From: Rhodospirillales bacterium
Lineage (GTDB): Bacteria > Pseudomonadota > Alphaproteobacteria > BOG-932 > Roseiterribacteraceae
Direction: 5' to 3'
Assembly (NCBI GenBank): GCA_003165335.1
Contig: PLTD01000217.1
Span: 6,247-70,246 of the forward strand
Length of the DNA stretch: 64,000 nt
In this document: positions 1-9,855 of the stretch, piece after piece
How the letters are laid out: each line of letters starts with the position of its first letter
Position numbering within the stretch: the first letter of the stretch is position 1
Program-made: the position numbers and the translations under genes
Notes under the pieces: model-generated
What the model saw: the letters and a program-made list of their open reading frames with translations, nothing else
Told to the model about the DNA's origin: nothing
The model's database searches: none

Positions 1-49
1 AAATAGTTACCGAATAGTCGAGCAAATTACAGCGACACAAGGGAATACG

Positions 50-1042
50 ATGACCCAACTTACAGTCAGCGTCGACGCCGAAGGCACAATGCATTTGGGA
101 CCGCGGGATATTCCGATGCCGGGGTCGATCAGTGACAACGCCAAGAAGTTCTTAAGCTCGATATTTCCCTCCCCGCCGCAGCCGGCGGCCAGCGACAGCG
201 AAAGCTGGAAAAAAGTCATCGCTGCTGCCAATGGCATGTTCGAGCCGGTCGTGGATCGGTGGTTGGCTACAGTTCCGGCAACTGTGGAGACACAGACCAT
301 CGCGGGCGTAACCGTCCATAAGGCGACGCCCAAGACCATCAAATATCCCGACCGGGCCCATCTGCGTATCCACGGCGGGGCCTGGGTGTTCATGGGCGGC
401 AAATTCTCAAAGGGGGAGGCGGTGGTAACTGCGGCTGAGTTTGGCTGCGTCACCTATGGGCTGGACTACCGGATGCCGCCCGACCATCCCTTCCCTGCGG
501 CAGTCGAAGATGGATTGGCTGTCTATCGCCATATGCTGGAGCATTATGACCCGAAGAAGATCGCGATTTCCGGCGCCTCTGCCGGCGGCAACCTGTCGGC
601 GACGGTAACGCTCAAGATCCGCGACAGCGGCCTGCCGATGCCGGCTGCCATCGGGCTGCTGACTCCTGCCACAGACTTGACTTGGTCCAGCGACACGATC
701 AACACCAACGCCGGCATCGACACGGTGCTGCGGCCCGGGGGCAACGTGGCAAAGCTTTACGCAGGCGGGCACGACCTGACCAACCCCTATATTTCCCCGA
801 TCTTCGGCGACTATACAAAGGGCTTCCCACCCACTTTCCTGCAATCCGGCACGCGCGACCTCTTGCTGTCGGATACGGTGCGCCTGCACCGCAAGCTGTT
901 GAACGCCGGAATTCCGGCTGAACTGCATGTCTGGGAAGCGATGCCTCATGGCGGTTTCGGTGGCATCTTCGGCAACCCGACACCCGAAGACGCGGAAATG
1001 TCGGCCGCGCTGGTAAGTTTTGTGGATCGGATATTGGGCTAG
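50..1042 (+). CDS. alpha/beta hydrolase, hormone-sensitive-lipase-type esterase/lipase (fold-3 family)
   Basis: 330-aa ORF. It has the oxyanion motif HGGAW (HGG type), the nucleophile elbow GASAGG (GxSxG) and a C-terminal catalytic His region HVWEAMPHGG. ORFs in the other frames are Arg/Pro-rich antisense artefacts. Confidence 0.8.
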   Translation: MTQLTVSVDAEGTMHLGPRDIPMPGSISDNAKKFLSSIFPSPPQPAASDSESWKKVIAAANGMFEPVVDRWLATVPATVETQTIAGVTVHKATPKTIKYPDRAHLRIHGGAWVFMGGKFSKGEAVVTAAEFGCVTYGLDYRMPPDHPFPAAVEDGLAVYRHMLEHYDPKKIAISGASAGGNLSATVTLKIRDSGLPMPAAIGLLTPATDLTWSSDTINTNAGIDTVLRPGGNVAKLYAGGHDLTNPYISPIFGDYTKGFPPTFLQSGTRDLLLSDTVRLHRKLLNAGIPAELHVWEAMPHGGFGGIFGNPTPEDAEMSAALVSFVDRILG

Positions 1043-1053
1043 GCCCGCTTGGG

Positions 1054-1602
1054 CTATTTCGATCGCCCAGTGTCGACCGAGACGCGCATTTCCTGGTGTG
1101 AGTCCTTGATCGCGTCCAACACCGCCTGCGGGTCCGCGGGCACGGAAAAAGCGGCGGCTTCGCTATCGACCCGATCGTTGATCATGGGGTTATCGCGGCG
1201 CGATTCCTCAATCAATTGAATGATCTTCGCGCTCTTCTGTTCACTCAACATCGCCAACTCCAGCGTCAACTGCTCGCGATGTTCCCCGATTTCCTTTTCT
1301 CTCTGTGTCGTCATGAGAATCAGCACAGTGATATAAATGGCGATCACCTCCCCAATGTCCTGCAATATTTGAAACGGCGGCGGATCGAACGCCCGTCCGT
1401 CGGCATTGAGCACGAGATTGACCGCGACCCATCCGATGATCGCAATCGTGAGATAGCCGATCATCAACGGGCGCCCTACCCACCGCACGGTCTGTTCGAC
1501 GACACGCTGAACCCGGGTCGCCTCCCGCAAATGGCGCGCGTGCAATTCGGCTATGGCATCTATTGTCTGCTGTATGTGATCGGGGATGTTCGGTTCTGGC
1601 AT
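1054..1602 (-). CDS. DUF1003-like membrane protein
   Basis: 182-aa ORF with two hydrophobic segments. The stretch FDPPPFQILQ...LMTTQREKE resembles the DUF1003 core (FDPYPF...MSQNRQ). It is convergent with the esterase gene. Confidence 0.5.
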   Translation of the reverse strand: MPEPNIPDHIQQTIDAIAELHARHLREATRVQRVVEQTVRWVGRPLMIGYLTIAIIGWVAVNLVLNADGRAFDPPPFQILQDIGEVIAIYITVLILMTTQREKEIGEHREQLTLELAMLSEQKSAKIIQLIEESRRDNPMINDRVDSEAAAFSVPADPQAVLDAIKDSHQEMRVSVDTGRSK

Positions 1603-1731
1603 AACTGGGCAACCTGACGTTTTGAAAGGTAAGGAGGCGCTTTCTCCTTCTCAACACCGTCAGCCCGCCAAGGTGCCATCCGCGAGAAATCTCGCCGCCA
1701 TCATGGATCGGAAATTGGGCTGGACCGCCCT

Positions 1732-2115
1732 TTACATTCCCTCGCCGGGGAGGAAGCAGCGGATCGCGGGCAGGCCGTCGATATGATAGAACCAGACCTC
1801 GGCATGGCCGAGCTTGTTAGGGCCGTGAATCACCGCCTCATCCGGCACCTGAACCCAGTGACCCTCGATCAGCACCCGATAGCCCTTGGTGTTCGTATCC
1901 CACTGCACGTCGCTGGGGCGCCATCCGTCCGCTGTAGCGCAGCAGGCAACACCAGGCCCATTTGTGAGGCTGGTCACCCAGGCCTGAATTTCGGGCGAAT
2001 TGTTGTCCTGCTTGTCCAGGTCGTGAGCGATGGCCGTGGGAACTGCAACAGCCATTGCCATCAGGCAGATGGACAAGGCACGCGCGACTCCGGTCGGTGA
2101 TCTGGTGGTCCGCAT
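1732..2115 (-). CDS. secreted hypothetical protein
   Basis: 127-aa ORF with an N-terminal signal-like segment (LSICLMAMAVAVPTAIA-HD). I recognise no domain. An AT-rich promoter-like region lies upstream (2116-2319). Confidence 0.45.
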   Translation of the reverse strand: MRTTRSPTGVARALSICLMAMAVAVPTAIAHDLDKQDNNSPEIQAWVTSLTNGPGVACCATADGWRPSDVQWDTNTKGYRVLIEGHWVQVPDEAVIHGPNKLGHAEVWFYHIDGLPAIRCFLPGEGM

Positions 2116-2319
2116 TCAGAAACGTCTCTTCTCTAAAGACAGTTCGCCATATTGAGTTGACGCGAGTCGCATTTATGCGCTCATGCTTCCTGATCGCAAC
2201 CAAAACAATATTAGGCTGATATCACCTGATTTCTCGTCAATTCAACATAAATCCAACAGGTTTCTAAGCTTCCATCCTATCCATCAGCGATAATCAAGAA
2301 ATCGCAGAATAGCCAAATC

Positions 2320-2847
2320 TTGACCAACCAAAAGATCATCGAAAAAGCGAGCCACGATTCCTTTGAATTTGACTATGAACATAACGTCATATTTTACCGG
2401 GGCGCGGTCATTTATTTGGCGCCCCTTGAAGCTGATATATTGCGTGTACTGCTGAACAACCGGGCCCGACCGACGCCCATGGGGGTTTTGATCAGACGGG
2501 TTTACGGCGGCAGCGAACCCGATAGCGCAGCCGTGTCGATACGAGTCGCCATACATTCTCTGCGAAAGAAAATCCAAGCGACCGGCATGAGCATTCGAGC
2601 TAAGCCGCGCATCGGATATGAAATTGACGCGTCGGCAATCCCGGAACTGAATCGGCGATTGAGCGACAAAATCCTGCTGGCACTAAATCTCGCGCGCTCG
2701 ACCGGCGAACCCGAGATTGCCGCCTTTCTGGAAACGGCGCTCAATATCGCAGAGAAAAAGCGCGAAGACTTGGCCACACAGAATCGTCGACAAAATGCGG
2801 CACGCGAAGCTGAATTGGGTCTGCCGAACCCCAAAACCCTCAGATAA
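2320..2847 (+). CDS. winged-helix DNA-binding protein (OmpR/PhoB-type C-terminal domain, no receiver domain)
   Basis: 175-aa ORF with a TTG start, so the start is uncertain. LAPLEADILRVLLNN...VSIRVAIHSLRKKI...IRAKPRIGYEI matches the trans_reg_C pattern. No phospho-acceptor receiver domain precedes it. Confidence 0.6.
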   Translation: MTNQKIIEKASHDSFEFDYEHNVIFYRGAVIYLAPLEADILRVLLNNRARPTPMGVLIRRVYGGSEPDSAAVSIRVAIHSLRKKIQATGMSIRAKPRIGYEIDASAIPELNRRLSDKILLALNLARSTGEPEIAAFLETALNIAEKKREDLATQNRRQNAAREAELGLPNPKTLR

Positions 2848-2889
2848 CGTAATTCTTACCCTTTACCCGCCATTGTCCCCAGCAGGGCA

Positions 2890-3510
2890 ATGGCGGGCGG
2901 AACTATGGCTGAGTTCGCAAAGCAGCATTCATCACGATGGCGCAACCCCATACAGGGGCTCTGTGGAGCAGGAGGTCTCGCAACGTTGGCGGTTTTCGCG
3001 GGCTGCGCCAGCGAATCACCGAGCCCGATCGAAAGCCAGATCTCCTACAAAACCAACGTCCTGACGCTCACCCATGCAGTCCATTTTAGTCCGGGGTCGG
3101 TCGTTCCAGATTCCGATCAGGAATAGAGCCTCGTACTTTTTGTGTCGTCAATCGGGACGGCTAAGGACGATGACGTACTGTGGCGGTTGCAAGGGACCTT
3201 TCAGCCGATGCGAGACGCACCGCCGCAATCGAGGCATTGGATCGCCTGCAAGTTCATGCGGTGCAGACCATGCTCTGGCGCCCGATACGGCATTAGTGCG
3301 TGTCGCCCTGCCCTATCAGGCCGTCTCGCGATGCCCGATCTCAGCCAGGCGGACGGGATCCAACTCGCCATTACTCCTAGAGGCAATTTTAGCTGCGTGA
3401 CCGTGAACGATCTTGAAGTCGCGCGCAATGAACGGCATCGCTCAGCCAACGCGCTTCTGGCAGCGGTCGCCCCAACCTATCAAGCTCTCATCGCCTATCC
3501 GCTAGAATAG
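2890..3510 (+). pseudogene. possible degraded CpaD-like pilus lipoprotein gene
   Basis: The frame-1 ORF starts with a lipobox (LAVFAGC-ASESP) and stops at an in-frame TAG (3124-3126). Protein-like continuations switch frames: frame 3 DLSADARRTAAIEALDRLQVHAVQT, frame 2 APDTALVRVALPYQAVSRCP, frame 1 DLSQADG...GNFSCVTVNDLEVA. The last piece is reminiscent of the CpaD CPDWS...NFGCA..NLA region. The reconstruction needs 3 frameshifts plus a stop, so the call is weak. Confidence 0.3.
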
Positions 3511-4449
3511 GAACATCTGTCCGACGATCTTCTCTGATGCATCCCATAGTAGCTCAGCCGTATGCTGATCCAGAGCCTCCTCGATCACGCCGGCAGCACC
3601 GAAATTGTCGGACGGGATATGCCGGGCCAAAGCGCAATCCTCCAGATATTGACCGGTAATGCCCTCAGCCTGGGGGGAGACGGATGCCCATATTTCAGTC
3701 GCCGCCCCCTGAGACGAGGATTTCTCAGGTGATCCGCTTGCCGCCGACCAGTCGATCGCCCCCTGCATGTTGGCTTCGGTCAGGTCGCGGAAGACTTCGG
3801 TGCGGATGGCGCCGGGATGAACGGAGTTGGCGGTGATACCCGAGCCAGACAGCCGCTTCGCCAGGGCCACAGCATGCAGCACATTGGCGCGTTTCGACTG
3901 GCAATAGGCCAATTGATAGTTGTATTCGCGGCGGAGGAAATTCAGGTCGCTGAGGTCAAAGCCCGGCATGCGGTGCCCTGCGGAACTGAGAACGACGACG
4001 CGCGACGGTGCTGCGGACTTCAGCGCCGGATAGAGCAGGTTGGTGAGCAGAAAAGGCCCGATATGGTTGGTGGCGAGGTGAAGTTCCAGCCCGTCCGGCG
4101 TTACGACATAGGGTCCGCCCATGATCCCGGCATTATTGATGAGGGCGTGGATTTTGGGATGCGCAGCCAGAATTTCCGCTGCCGCGCGGCGCACACTGGC
4201 TATTTCCCCCAAATTCATCGTGACAAGGCGAAGCTGGGCGTCAGGCTGAACGGAAGTGATCCGCGCCGCGGCGGCGGCGTTCTTCTCTGCGTTGCGGGCG
4301 ACCATCACGATTTCAGCGCCCGCCCCGGCCAGAACCCGCGCCGCCTCAAAGCCGAGACCGGCCGATGTACCGGTGACGACGATGGTCTTGCCGGAAAGAT
4401 CCAGCCCCTCGACAATCTCTTCGCTCGTCGTGCGCCCGTTGAAGCTCAT
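3502..4449 (-). CDS. SDR family oxidoreductase
   Basis: It carries the cofactor motif TGTSAGLG, NNAG, and the catalytic YCQSK (YxxxK). I chose the start at MSFNGR (4449). The maximal ORF extends to 4503 and would abut the upstream gene. Confidence 0.8.
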   Translation of the reverse strand: MSFNGRTTSEEIVEGLDLSGKTIVVTGTSAGLGFEAARVLAGAGAEIVMVARNAEKNAAAAARITSVQPDAQLRLVTMNLGEIASVRRAAAEILAAHPKIHALINNAGIMGGPYVVTPDGLELHLATNHIGPFLLTNLLYPALKSAAPSRVVVLSSAGHRMPGFDLSDLNFLRREYNYQLAYCQSKRANVLHAVALAKRLSGSGITANSVHPGAIRTEVFRDLTEANMQGAIDWSAASGSPEKSSSQGAATEIWASVSPQAEGITGQYLEDCALARHIPSDNFGAAGVIEEALDQHTAELLWDASEKIVGQMFLF

Positions 4450-4503
4450 ATCCACATTTCCCGATAAGTGTAAGTGATCCATGCCTAACATGCGCTCGGG
4501 CAT

Positions 4504-5256
4504 TCACCTAGATTCGGCAGCTTGAATCCTTGGCAATCGGCTGGTAATCCCGACCCAAGCCGGCACAGCGGCGATGATCACAAAGCGAAAGGCAACGCCG
4601 ACGACGCCCCCTTCTGGACCATAAGGCAAACCGGTCAACCAGCTCGGTCCCAGGTCGGTTATATGGAATATCCCACCGCCTAAGACGTGGCCGCTGACAG
4701 TAAAGCCTAACACGGGCCCCTGGACGAAATTCCAGGCGAAGTGGAGGCCAAGTCCTAGCCAAAGCCGCCCGGTAAGGACGAAGGCGAGCCCGTAGATCAC
4801 GCCGCCAAGACTGTTGCTGATCACCGATAGCGACGAAGCACCATCGAAGAACATATGCGTGATGCCGAAAAGCACACCGGCGATCAACACCGCGATCAAA
4901 GATCGCCCACCCAGAACGAGTGCCAAGCCCGATATCAGCATACCGCGCATCAGAAATTCTTCGACGAATGCATCCAGTATCAGGAACAAAGCGAGGGTCA
5001 TTGCTGCGGCGCTGTCGAAGACAGCGGGCACTGAACGAATGCCGCCAAAGACCAATTCCAGCACATAAATGCCGATCATGGCAGCAGTAGCAATCAGCAA
5101 TCCCGCGCCGATATCGATCACGCTTCGACGATCAATCGCCAATCCCAAGCCTTCGAGAACCGAAGATCCCTGTCGGCGCCACCTTGACGCGGCGACCAGA
5201 CCTAAAAAAACGGCGACGGTATAGACCGCGCCTTCAACCGCTACAGCGGCGTTCAT
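4504..5256 (-). CDS. CPBP family intramembrane glutamic endopeptidase (CAAX protease-like)
   Basis: 250-aa polytopic ORF with the three CPBP motifs: EEFLMRG (EExxxR), FGITHMFF (FxxxH) and HFAWN (HxxxN). Confidence 0.8.
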   Translation of the reverse strand: MNAAVAVEGAVYTVAVFLGLVAASRWRRQGSSVLEGLGLAIDRRSVIDIGAGLLIATAAMIGIYVLELVFGGIRSVPAVFDSAAAMTLALFLILDAFVEEFLMRGMLISGLALVLGGRSLIAVLIAGVLFGITHMFFDGASSLSVISNSLGGVIYGLAFVLTGRLWLGLGLHFAWNFVQGPVLGFTVSGHVLGGGIFHITDLGPSWLTGLPYGPEGGVVGVAFRFVIIAAVPAWVGITSRLPRIQAAESR

Positions 5257-5276
5257 GTCACTCTCCCCGGATCTAC

Positions 5277-6041
5277 CTAGAACGCGGCGAAACGGACTTC
5301 AGCCGGGGGAAAACCCTGAAACCGGGCGGTGATATAGGCGCCCGGCGGGCTGAGCGTCAGGCCTGTCCAGGAACCCGTGGTCACGACCTGACTGGCCTCG
5401 ATACCGCCGGCGGCACGCGCAACGTCGGAATTGGCCAGCCAGACGAGCAGTCGCACCAGGTCGCTGCCGCCCGGGTTGCTGCCCACCAGCTCTCGCCGTT
5501 TCACCCCATCGACCGCCATTATCACCGGCAGAGTGGCAAACATATCCGGGCTCCAGCGCTCGGCCGCCTTGCCGACAGCTAGGCTCCCATGAATGCCGAG
5601 ATCGGCCAGCTTGGTCAGCTCGTCCAGTCCTTCGTTGCTGCGAAAGCGTGGGTCGACCACCTCGATCGTCGCATGACAGGACGCGATTGCAGCCAGAACC
5701 TCGTCCCGTGTGAAAGGGGTGTCGCGGGGCAGCAATGACTTGCCGAAACGAAAGCCGATTTCACATTCCGACGCCCGCATCCTGGGTGTCGCCAGTGCAG
5801 GCGAAGGCTTGACGCCGGAGGCAGGCAGAGGTGCGGCAGTAGGCACAGCCTCAGGGTTAGCGGCGCCGACCTTCCAGCCGCCAATCGGACCTATCTCGCG
5901 CATCGTCGCAATCTGCACAGCGATCGCATCCGCCAGCGTAGGCGGACGCAGGCCCTCGGGCATGACATCGGTCAGGACCGCATCTTGAGACCGCTGACCA
6001 ATCAGAAAACGGACAGTAGCTTCGGGCTGAAAGCTGCTCAT
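5277..6041 (-). CDS. 2-keto-4-pentenoate hydratase / hydratase-decarboxylase family protein (MhpD/XylJ-like)
   Basis: 254 aa. GGWKVG, ECEIGFRF, IEVVDPRF, LADLGIHG and VVTTGSW follow the MhpD-type pattern as I recall it from E. coli MhpD. Confidence 0.65.
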   Translation of the reverse strand: MSSFQPEATVRFLIGQRSQDAVLTDVMPEGLRPPTLADAIAVQIATMREIGPIGGWKVGAANPEAVPTAAPLPASGVKPSPALATPRMRASECEIGFRFGKSLLPRDTPFTRDEVLAAIASCHATIEVVDPRFRSNEGLDELTKLADLGIHGSLAVGKAAERWSPDMFATLPVIMAVDGVKRRELVGSNPGGSDLVRLLVWLANSDVARAAGGIEASQVVTTGSWTGLTLSPPGAYITARFQGFPPAEVRFAAF

Positions 6042-6051
6042 TTCATGCGAT

Positions 6052-6516
6052 CTATCGTTTGATGGGAACTGGATGGTCCTTGGTCTTCATCAGCACAGTC
6101 ATGGTGCCGATTTGGATCAGCTCGTCGCGTTGATTGATGACTTCGAAGGCAAATTTGACCACACCCGCGCCTGGCTTGGAACTCTTGCGGGCCTCGGCAG
6201 GCGTGACGCGAGCATAGATCGTGTCGCCGATCATGACGACGCCCTTGAAGTCGAAATTGAGGTTCAGCAGTGCGATCACCCCCTCGCCCAGCAAGTTCAA
6301 CTGGGTCAGAAGGCCGATGGCGGTCGACATTGTCAGAGTACCGTGGGCGATCCGACCACCAAAGCTCGTCTTACTGGCGTAATCGGCATTGATGTGGATG
6401 GGCGTGAAATCCCCAACCAGACCGGCGAACAAGTTGATATCGCTCTCGCTGATCGTGCGTCCGGGCGAAAGCGGAAACGGCTGGCCGACTTCAAATTCCT
6501 CAACGTAACTGCTCAT
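6052..6516 (-). CDS. MaoC family (R)-specific enoyl-CoA hydratase/dehydratase
   Basis: 154 aa with a hot-dog fold signature: DINLFAGLVGDFTPIHINADYA...GGRIAHG. It lies 10 nt downstream of the hydratase gene on the same strand. Confidence 0.8.
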   Translation of the reverse strand: MSSYVEEFEVGQPFPLSPGRTISESDINLFAGLVGDFTPIHINADYASKTSFGGRIAHGTLTMSTAIGLLTQLNLLGEGVIALLNLNFDFKGVVMIGDTIYARVTPAEARKSSKPGAGVVKFAFEVINQRDELIQIGTMTVLMKTKDHPVPIKR

Positions 6517-6585
6517 CGGCTTTCCTCATCCTGTTCTGATTTGAGTTGGGAACTTAGCGTCCAATCTTACGCCCGTCAGCCCCGA

Positions 6586-8025
6586 TCAAATCAGCCTTGC
6601 ATGCGTCTTCTTGCGCCAAAACACCCGGTAATACCCGGCCTGCAAACCGAACATCACGACATAGGCTACGGGATAGCCGATCCATACCCCATCGAGTCCA
6701 ATCCGATGGCTGAGGAACCATGAAACCGGAACTTGCACACCCCAGATAGAGAGTATCGACAACGTAGTCGGCCAGAAAACGGATCCGCTGGAGCGCATTA
6801 CGCCGGTCAGCACCGAGACCAGGCCGTAGACCAGGAAACTCCATAGGGTAATCATCACTAAGCTGTCGGCAACGTCGACGACTGTCGGATCGGTAATCGA
6901 CAGCCCCAGGATACCGCGAGAAAAAGCATAGACAATCATCACCAAAAGACCGGTGATGACGAATTGCAGATTGATACCGGTGCGCGTGATCTTCGCCATC
7001 TGTGCATTGTCGCCCCGGCCGATCGCCTGTGCGCCGAAGACAGAGGCTGCAATACCGATCGACACCGCCGGTAACTGGACATAACTCCAAACCTGCAGAA
7101 CAGCGCCATAGGCTGCAGTCGCACCGGAACCGTATCCATTGACCAGAAACATGACCGCCATTTCCGACAGGGCAATCAACATTACCTGAATTCCGGTGGG
7201 TACGCCGACCCGGATTAGCAGCCATGACAACTTCCAGTCGACTTTGAGCTGCTTCAGCAGCACCCGGTCCGGCGCGAGGGGATGGCGCTTCCACAAGAGA
7301 TAGAAAGCCATCCACACCACAGTGAACAGAAACGAGAAAATCGTCGCATAGGCAGCGCTCACCACGCCCATCTTCGGCAGACCGGCCCAGCCTTTAATCA
7401 GGGCGACCATCATCACGAGTCCAACCACATTCTGGACCAGCAGTGCCAGAAACGGGGTCAGTGCGTCGCCGACACCGCGCGTTATGGTCGTGTAGATAAT
7501 AAAGACGAACAGCACCGGAACCGAAAAAAGAATAACCCGAGCATATTCGGTTTCGTCCACCAGAACGTCTGCCGGCGCGTGAAGCGCCATCAACATATCC
7601 TGCACGAATGGACCGCCGAAAAGAGCGATTGCAACGCCCATAGCAATCGACACGGTCAAAGTCGTGCCGGCGACGGCCTTGACCCGGATCAGTTCATTCG
7701 CGCCATAGGCCTGACCGATTAATACGCTGGCGCCGGAACCGAGCCCGATGACGAAGGATATCAGCAGGAAAAGAATCGGAAAGAAGCCGGACATCGCTGC
7801 CAGTGCATGCACACCCAACATTTTGCCGATCACGATCGTGTTGATCGTATTCGATGCCAGTTGCAGCACATTGGTCGCCATCATCGGCATGAGGAAGACG
7901 AGGAACGTCCGCCACAGTGGCCGTTTCGGGTTGACGCTCACCGACGCGGCGCTGGTTGAGGCAATGGCACTTGACATAACGGCTTTCCGGACGGCGGATT
8001 CAAATGGGGCCGTGCGGTTCGTCAC
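6586..8025 (-). CDS. MATE family efflux transporter
   Basis: 479-aa ORF, hydrophobic throughout with about 12 segments. The N-terminus (LWRTFLVFLMPMMATNVLQ...IVIGKMLG) is typical of MATE/NorM-type pumps. Confidence 0.8.
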   Translation of the reverse strand: MTNRTAPFESAVRKAVMSSAIASTSAASVSVNPKRPLWRTFLVFLMPMMATNVLQLASNTINTIVIGKMLGVHALAAMSGFFPILFLLISFVIGLGSGASVLIGQAYGANELIRVKAVAGTTLTVSIAMGVAIALFGGPFVQDMLMALHAPADVLVDETEYARVILFSVPVLFVFIIYTTITRGVGDALTPFLALLVQNVVGLVMMVALIKGWAGLPKMGVVSAAYATIFSFLFTVVWMAFYLLWKRHPLAPDRVLLKQLKVDWKLSWLLIRVGVPTGIQVMLIALSEMAVMFLVNGYGSGATAAYGAVLQVWSYVQLPAVSIGIAASVFGAQAIGRGDNAQMAKITRTGINLQFVITGLLVMIVYAFSRGILGLSITDPTVVDVADSLVMITLWSFLVYGLVSVLTGVMRSSGSVFWPTTLSILSIWGVQVPVSWFLSHRIGLDGVWIGYPVAYVVMFGLQAGYYRVFWRKKTHARLI

Positions 8026-8121
8026 CTTAGTTCCGGCAATCTCAGCCGAATCAACTTGCCCAGGATTGATCTAAAGCTTTTTTGGCCCCAGGCGAAGGGC
8101 AAACAGCACGTTCACGGATCG

Positions 8122-9171
8122 TTACAACCAGATATCGGGCGTGACCACCGCGCGACCGCGCAACGTTCCCTCGTCCAGGCGCTTATAGGCCTCTTCCACC
8201 TTGCTGAAGGGGAAATGTTCTGTCTCGTTGCGAACCAGTCCAGCCTCGACTAGCGCGATGACCTCGCGCAAATCGCGGATGCTTCCGCCTTGGAAGCTGA
8301 ACAGCTCGCCATCCTTGGGCAGATATCCCCAGAGGTTCTTGTTCAATGTTCCGCCCCCTGCACCGACCAAGGCAAATGAACCGGTGCTGCGAACCGCAGG
8401 CATTCCCTGCTCAAGACTGATGTCATTGCCGACGAAATCCAGAACGGCCTCCGCTCCTGCTCCACCTGTGATCTCCTTGAGTGCCGCAGTTGTGCGCTCA
8501 TCCACACCAGCCAGGACCTCATGTGCCCCAAACTCAAGTGCAAGCGCCCTGCGCGCTGGGTTATTATCCACCGCAATCACCCGCGCAGGACTCAAAACAC
8601 GCAGGAACTGGATCGCGAAACTTCCCAGACCGCCAGCTCCGATTACTACTGCCGACGAACCGGGTACCAGTTTGGGTAGCACACGGCGCACCGCATGATA
8701 GGCCGTCGCGCCGGCATCGCTGAGAGGGCCCGCGTCGCGCGGGTCCAAGGTATTCAGCTTGATAACGGCCCTTGCGTTGTCGACCAGCATATATTCTGCC
8801 AAGCCACCATCCCGGCCATAGCCGCGGCCGCTATGCGTTTCGACGCAGGAATTGTCGTGGCCGCTCATGCAATAATGGCAATGGCCGCACGAGTGCGCCG
8901 ACACGAGCACAACCGGATCGCCGACCGCCAAGCCACGAACGCCGGCACCCAACTGGGCAATCCAGCCGCCGACTTCATGACCCAGGGTAAACGGCATGTT
9001 CCAGCCTGCCATCCGTCCCATGGCCTCAGGCATGCCCATCATGCCGATATCGGAATGGCAAAGCCCGGCTCCGGCCACCTTGATCAGAACCTGACCATAG
9101 GCCGGAGTTGGAATTTCCATCTCAACCAGCTGCGGCGGCTTCTGCCACTGCGTCAGCCGGAACGCTTTCAT
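8122..9171 (-). CDS. zinc-dependent NAD(P) alcohol dehydrogenase
   Basis: It has the catalytic Zn motif GHEVGGWI, the structural Zn cluster CGHCHYCMSGHDNSC and the Rossmann motif VIGAGGLG. I chose the start at MKAFRL (9171); the maximal ORF reaches 9201. Confidence 0.85.
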   Translation of the reverse strand: MKAFRLTQWQKPPQLVEMEIPTPAYGQVLIKVAGAGLCHSDIGMMGMPEAMGRMAGWNMPFTLGHEVGGWIAQLGAGVRGLAVGDPVVLVSAHSCGHCHYCMSGHDNSCVETHSGRGYGRDGGLAEYMLVDNARAVIKLNTLDPRDAGPLSDAGATAYHAVRRVLPKLVPGSSAVVIGAGGLGSFAIQFLRVLSPARVIAVDNNPARRALALEFGAHEVLAGVDERTTAALKEITGGAGAEAVLDFVGNDISLEQGMPAVRSTGSFALVGAGGGTLNKNLWGYLPKDGELFSFQGGSIRDLREVIALVEAGLVRNETEHFPFSKVEEAYKRLDEGTLRGRAVVTPDIWL

Positions 9172-9213
9172 CGGTTGCCCCATCATTCTCTCCCCATGCA
9201 TTTCTTTGATTTG

Positions 9214-9636
9214 TCACTGACCAGTGGCGAGTGCCGCCACACTTCGTTTTTGTCGAATCGCGTTACCTGCAAACTCCAACTGGCGTTTGTCGCCATCATG
9301 GTCGAATGTCCGCCGATCGCGCACAGACATCCCTGCTGCGGCCTCGGCCTGAAACCGAGAGAATTGCGGATAACACATCGGAGCGATCAACGCGGCCGCG
9401 TTATCGACGGCTGCCCCCCCCTGGTCGGCATAGTGCGCAGCTTGGTCGAGGCAGGAAATATACGCTTGCCGGGCCACGGCAGATTCCCTTTCCTCCTCGG
9501 GCGTCAGCGTCGGCGGAGGCGAAGCAGACACGGCGTCCGGCAGGTTCTGTGCATGGTTTTCTGGCGCAAGTGAGGCGCAACCTGCAGTAGCCCCGATAGC
9601 CAGCAAGATGGCAATAAAGCTCAACTGTTTGCGCAT
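9214..9636 (-). CDS. hypothetical lipoprotein
   Basis: 140 aa counted from MRKQLS. It has a lipobox (LAIGATAGC-AS). I recognise no domain. Confidence 0.5.
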   Translation of the reverse strand: MRKQLSFIAILLAIGATAGCASLAPENHAQNLPDAVSASPPPTLTPEEERESAVARQAYISCLDQAAHYADQGGAAVDNAAALIAPMCYPQFSRFQAEAAAGMSVRDRRTFDHDGDKRQLEFAGNAIRQKRSVAALATGQ

Positions 9637-9791
9637 TGTCACCGAACACTCAGCCAATTGAAATAAACGGTGGGATAATCGTCCAGAAATCATGAGTAGG
9701 CCGCACTAAGCCGGCACCATAGAACGCTTGAGCGATAGTCAAGCCAGCCCCAGCGGATCAAACGGAAAGTTCGCATCATGACGCTAAGACT

Positions 9792-9836
9792 AAAACGAAA
9801 ACGCCGCCCCACGGCATAAGAGCCATGGGGCGGCGT
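9792..9836 (-). terminator. rho-independent terminator closing cassette 1
   Basis: The minus-strand RNA reads CGCCGCCCCAUGGC-loop-GCCGUGGGGCGGCG (12 bp, 1 mismatch) followed by UUUUCGUUUU. It lies 20 nt after the stop codon at 9856. Confidence 0.65.
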
Positions 9837-9855
9837 GATAGCGAGTTGTCGAGCG

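Noticed and set aside
3124-3126. The in-frame TAG in the lipoprotein-like ORF, considered as programmed read-through or recoding.
   Set aside because: Downstream in-frame text is not protein-like and the best continuations are in other frames. Erosion is the simpler explanation.
8026-8121. A T-run plus a short GC stem between the ADH stop and the MATE start, considered as a terminator.
   Set aside because: The T-run precedes the stem on the plus strand and appears as an A-run on the coding (minus) strand. The orientation is therefore wrong, and the stem is only 4 bp.
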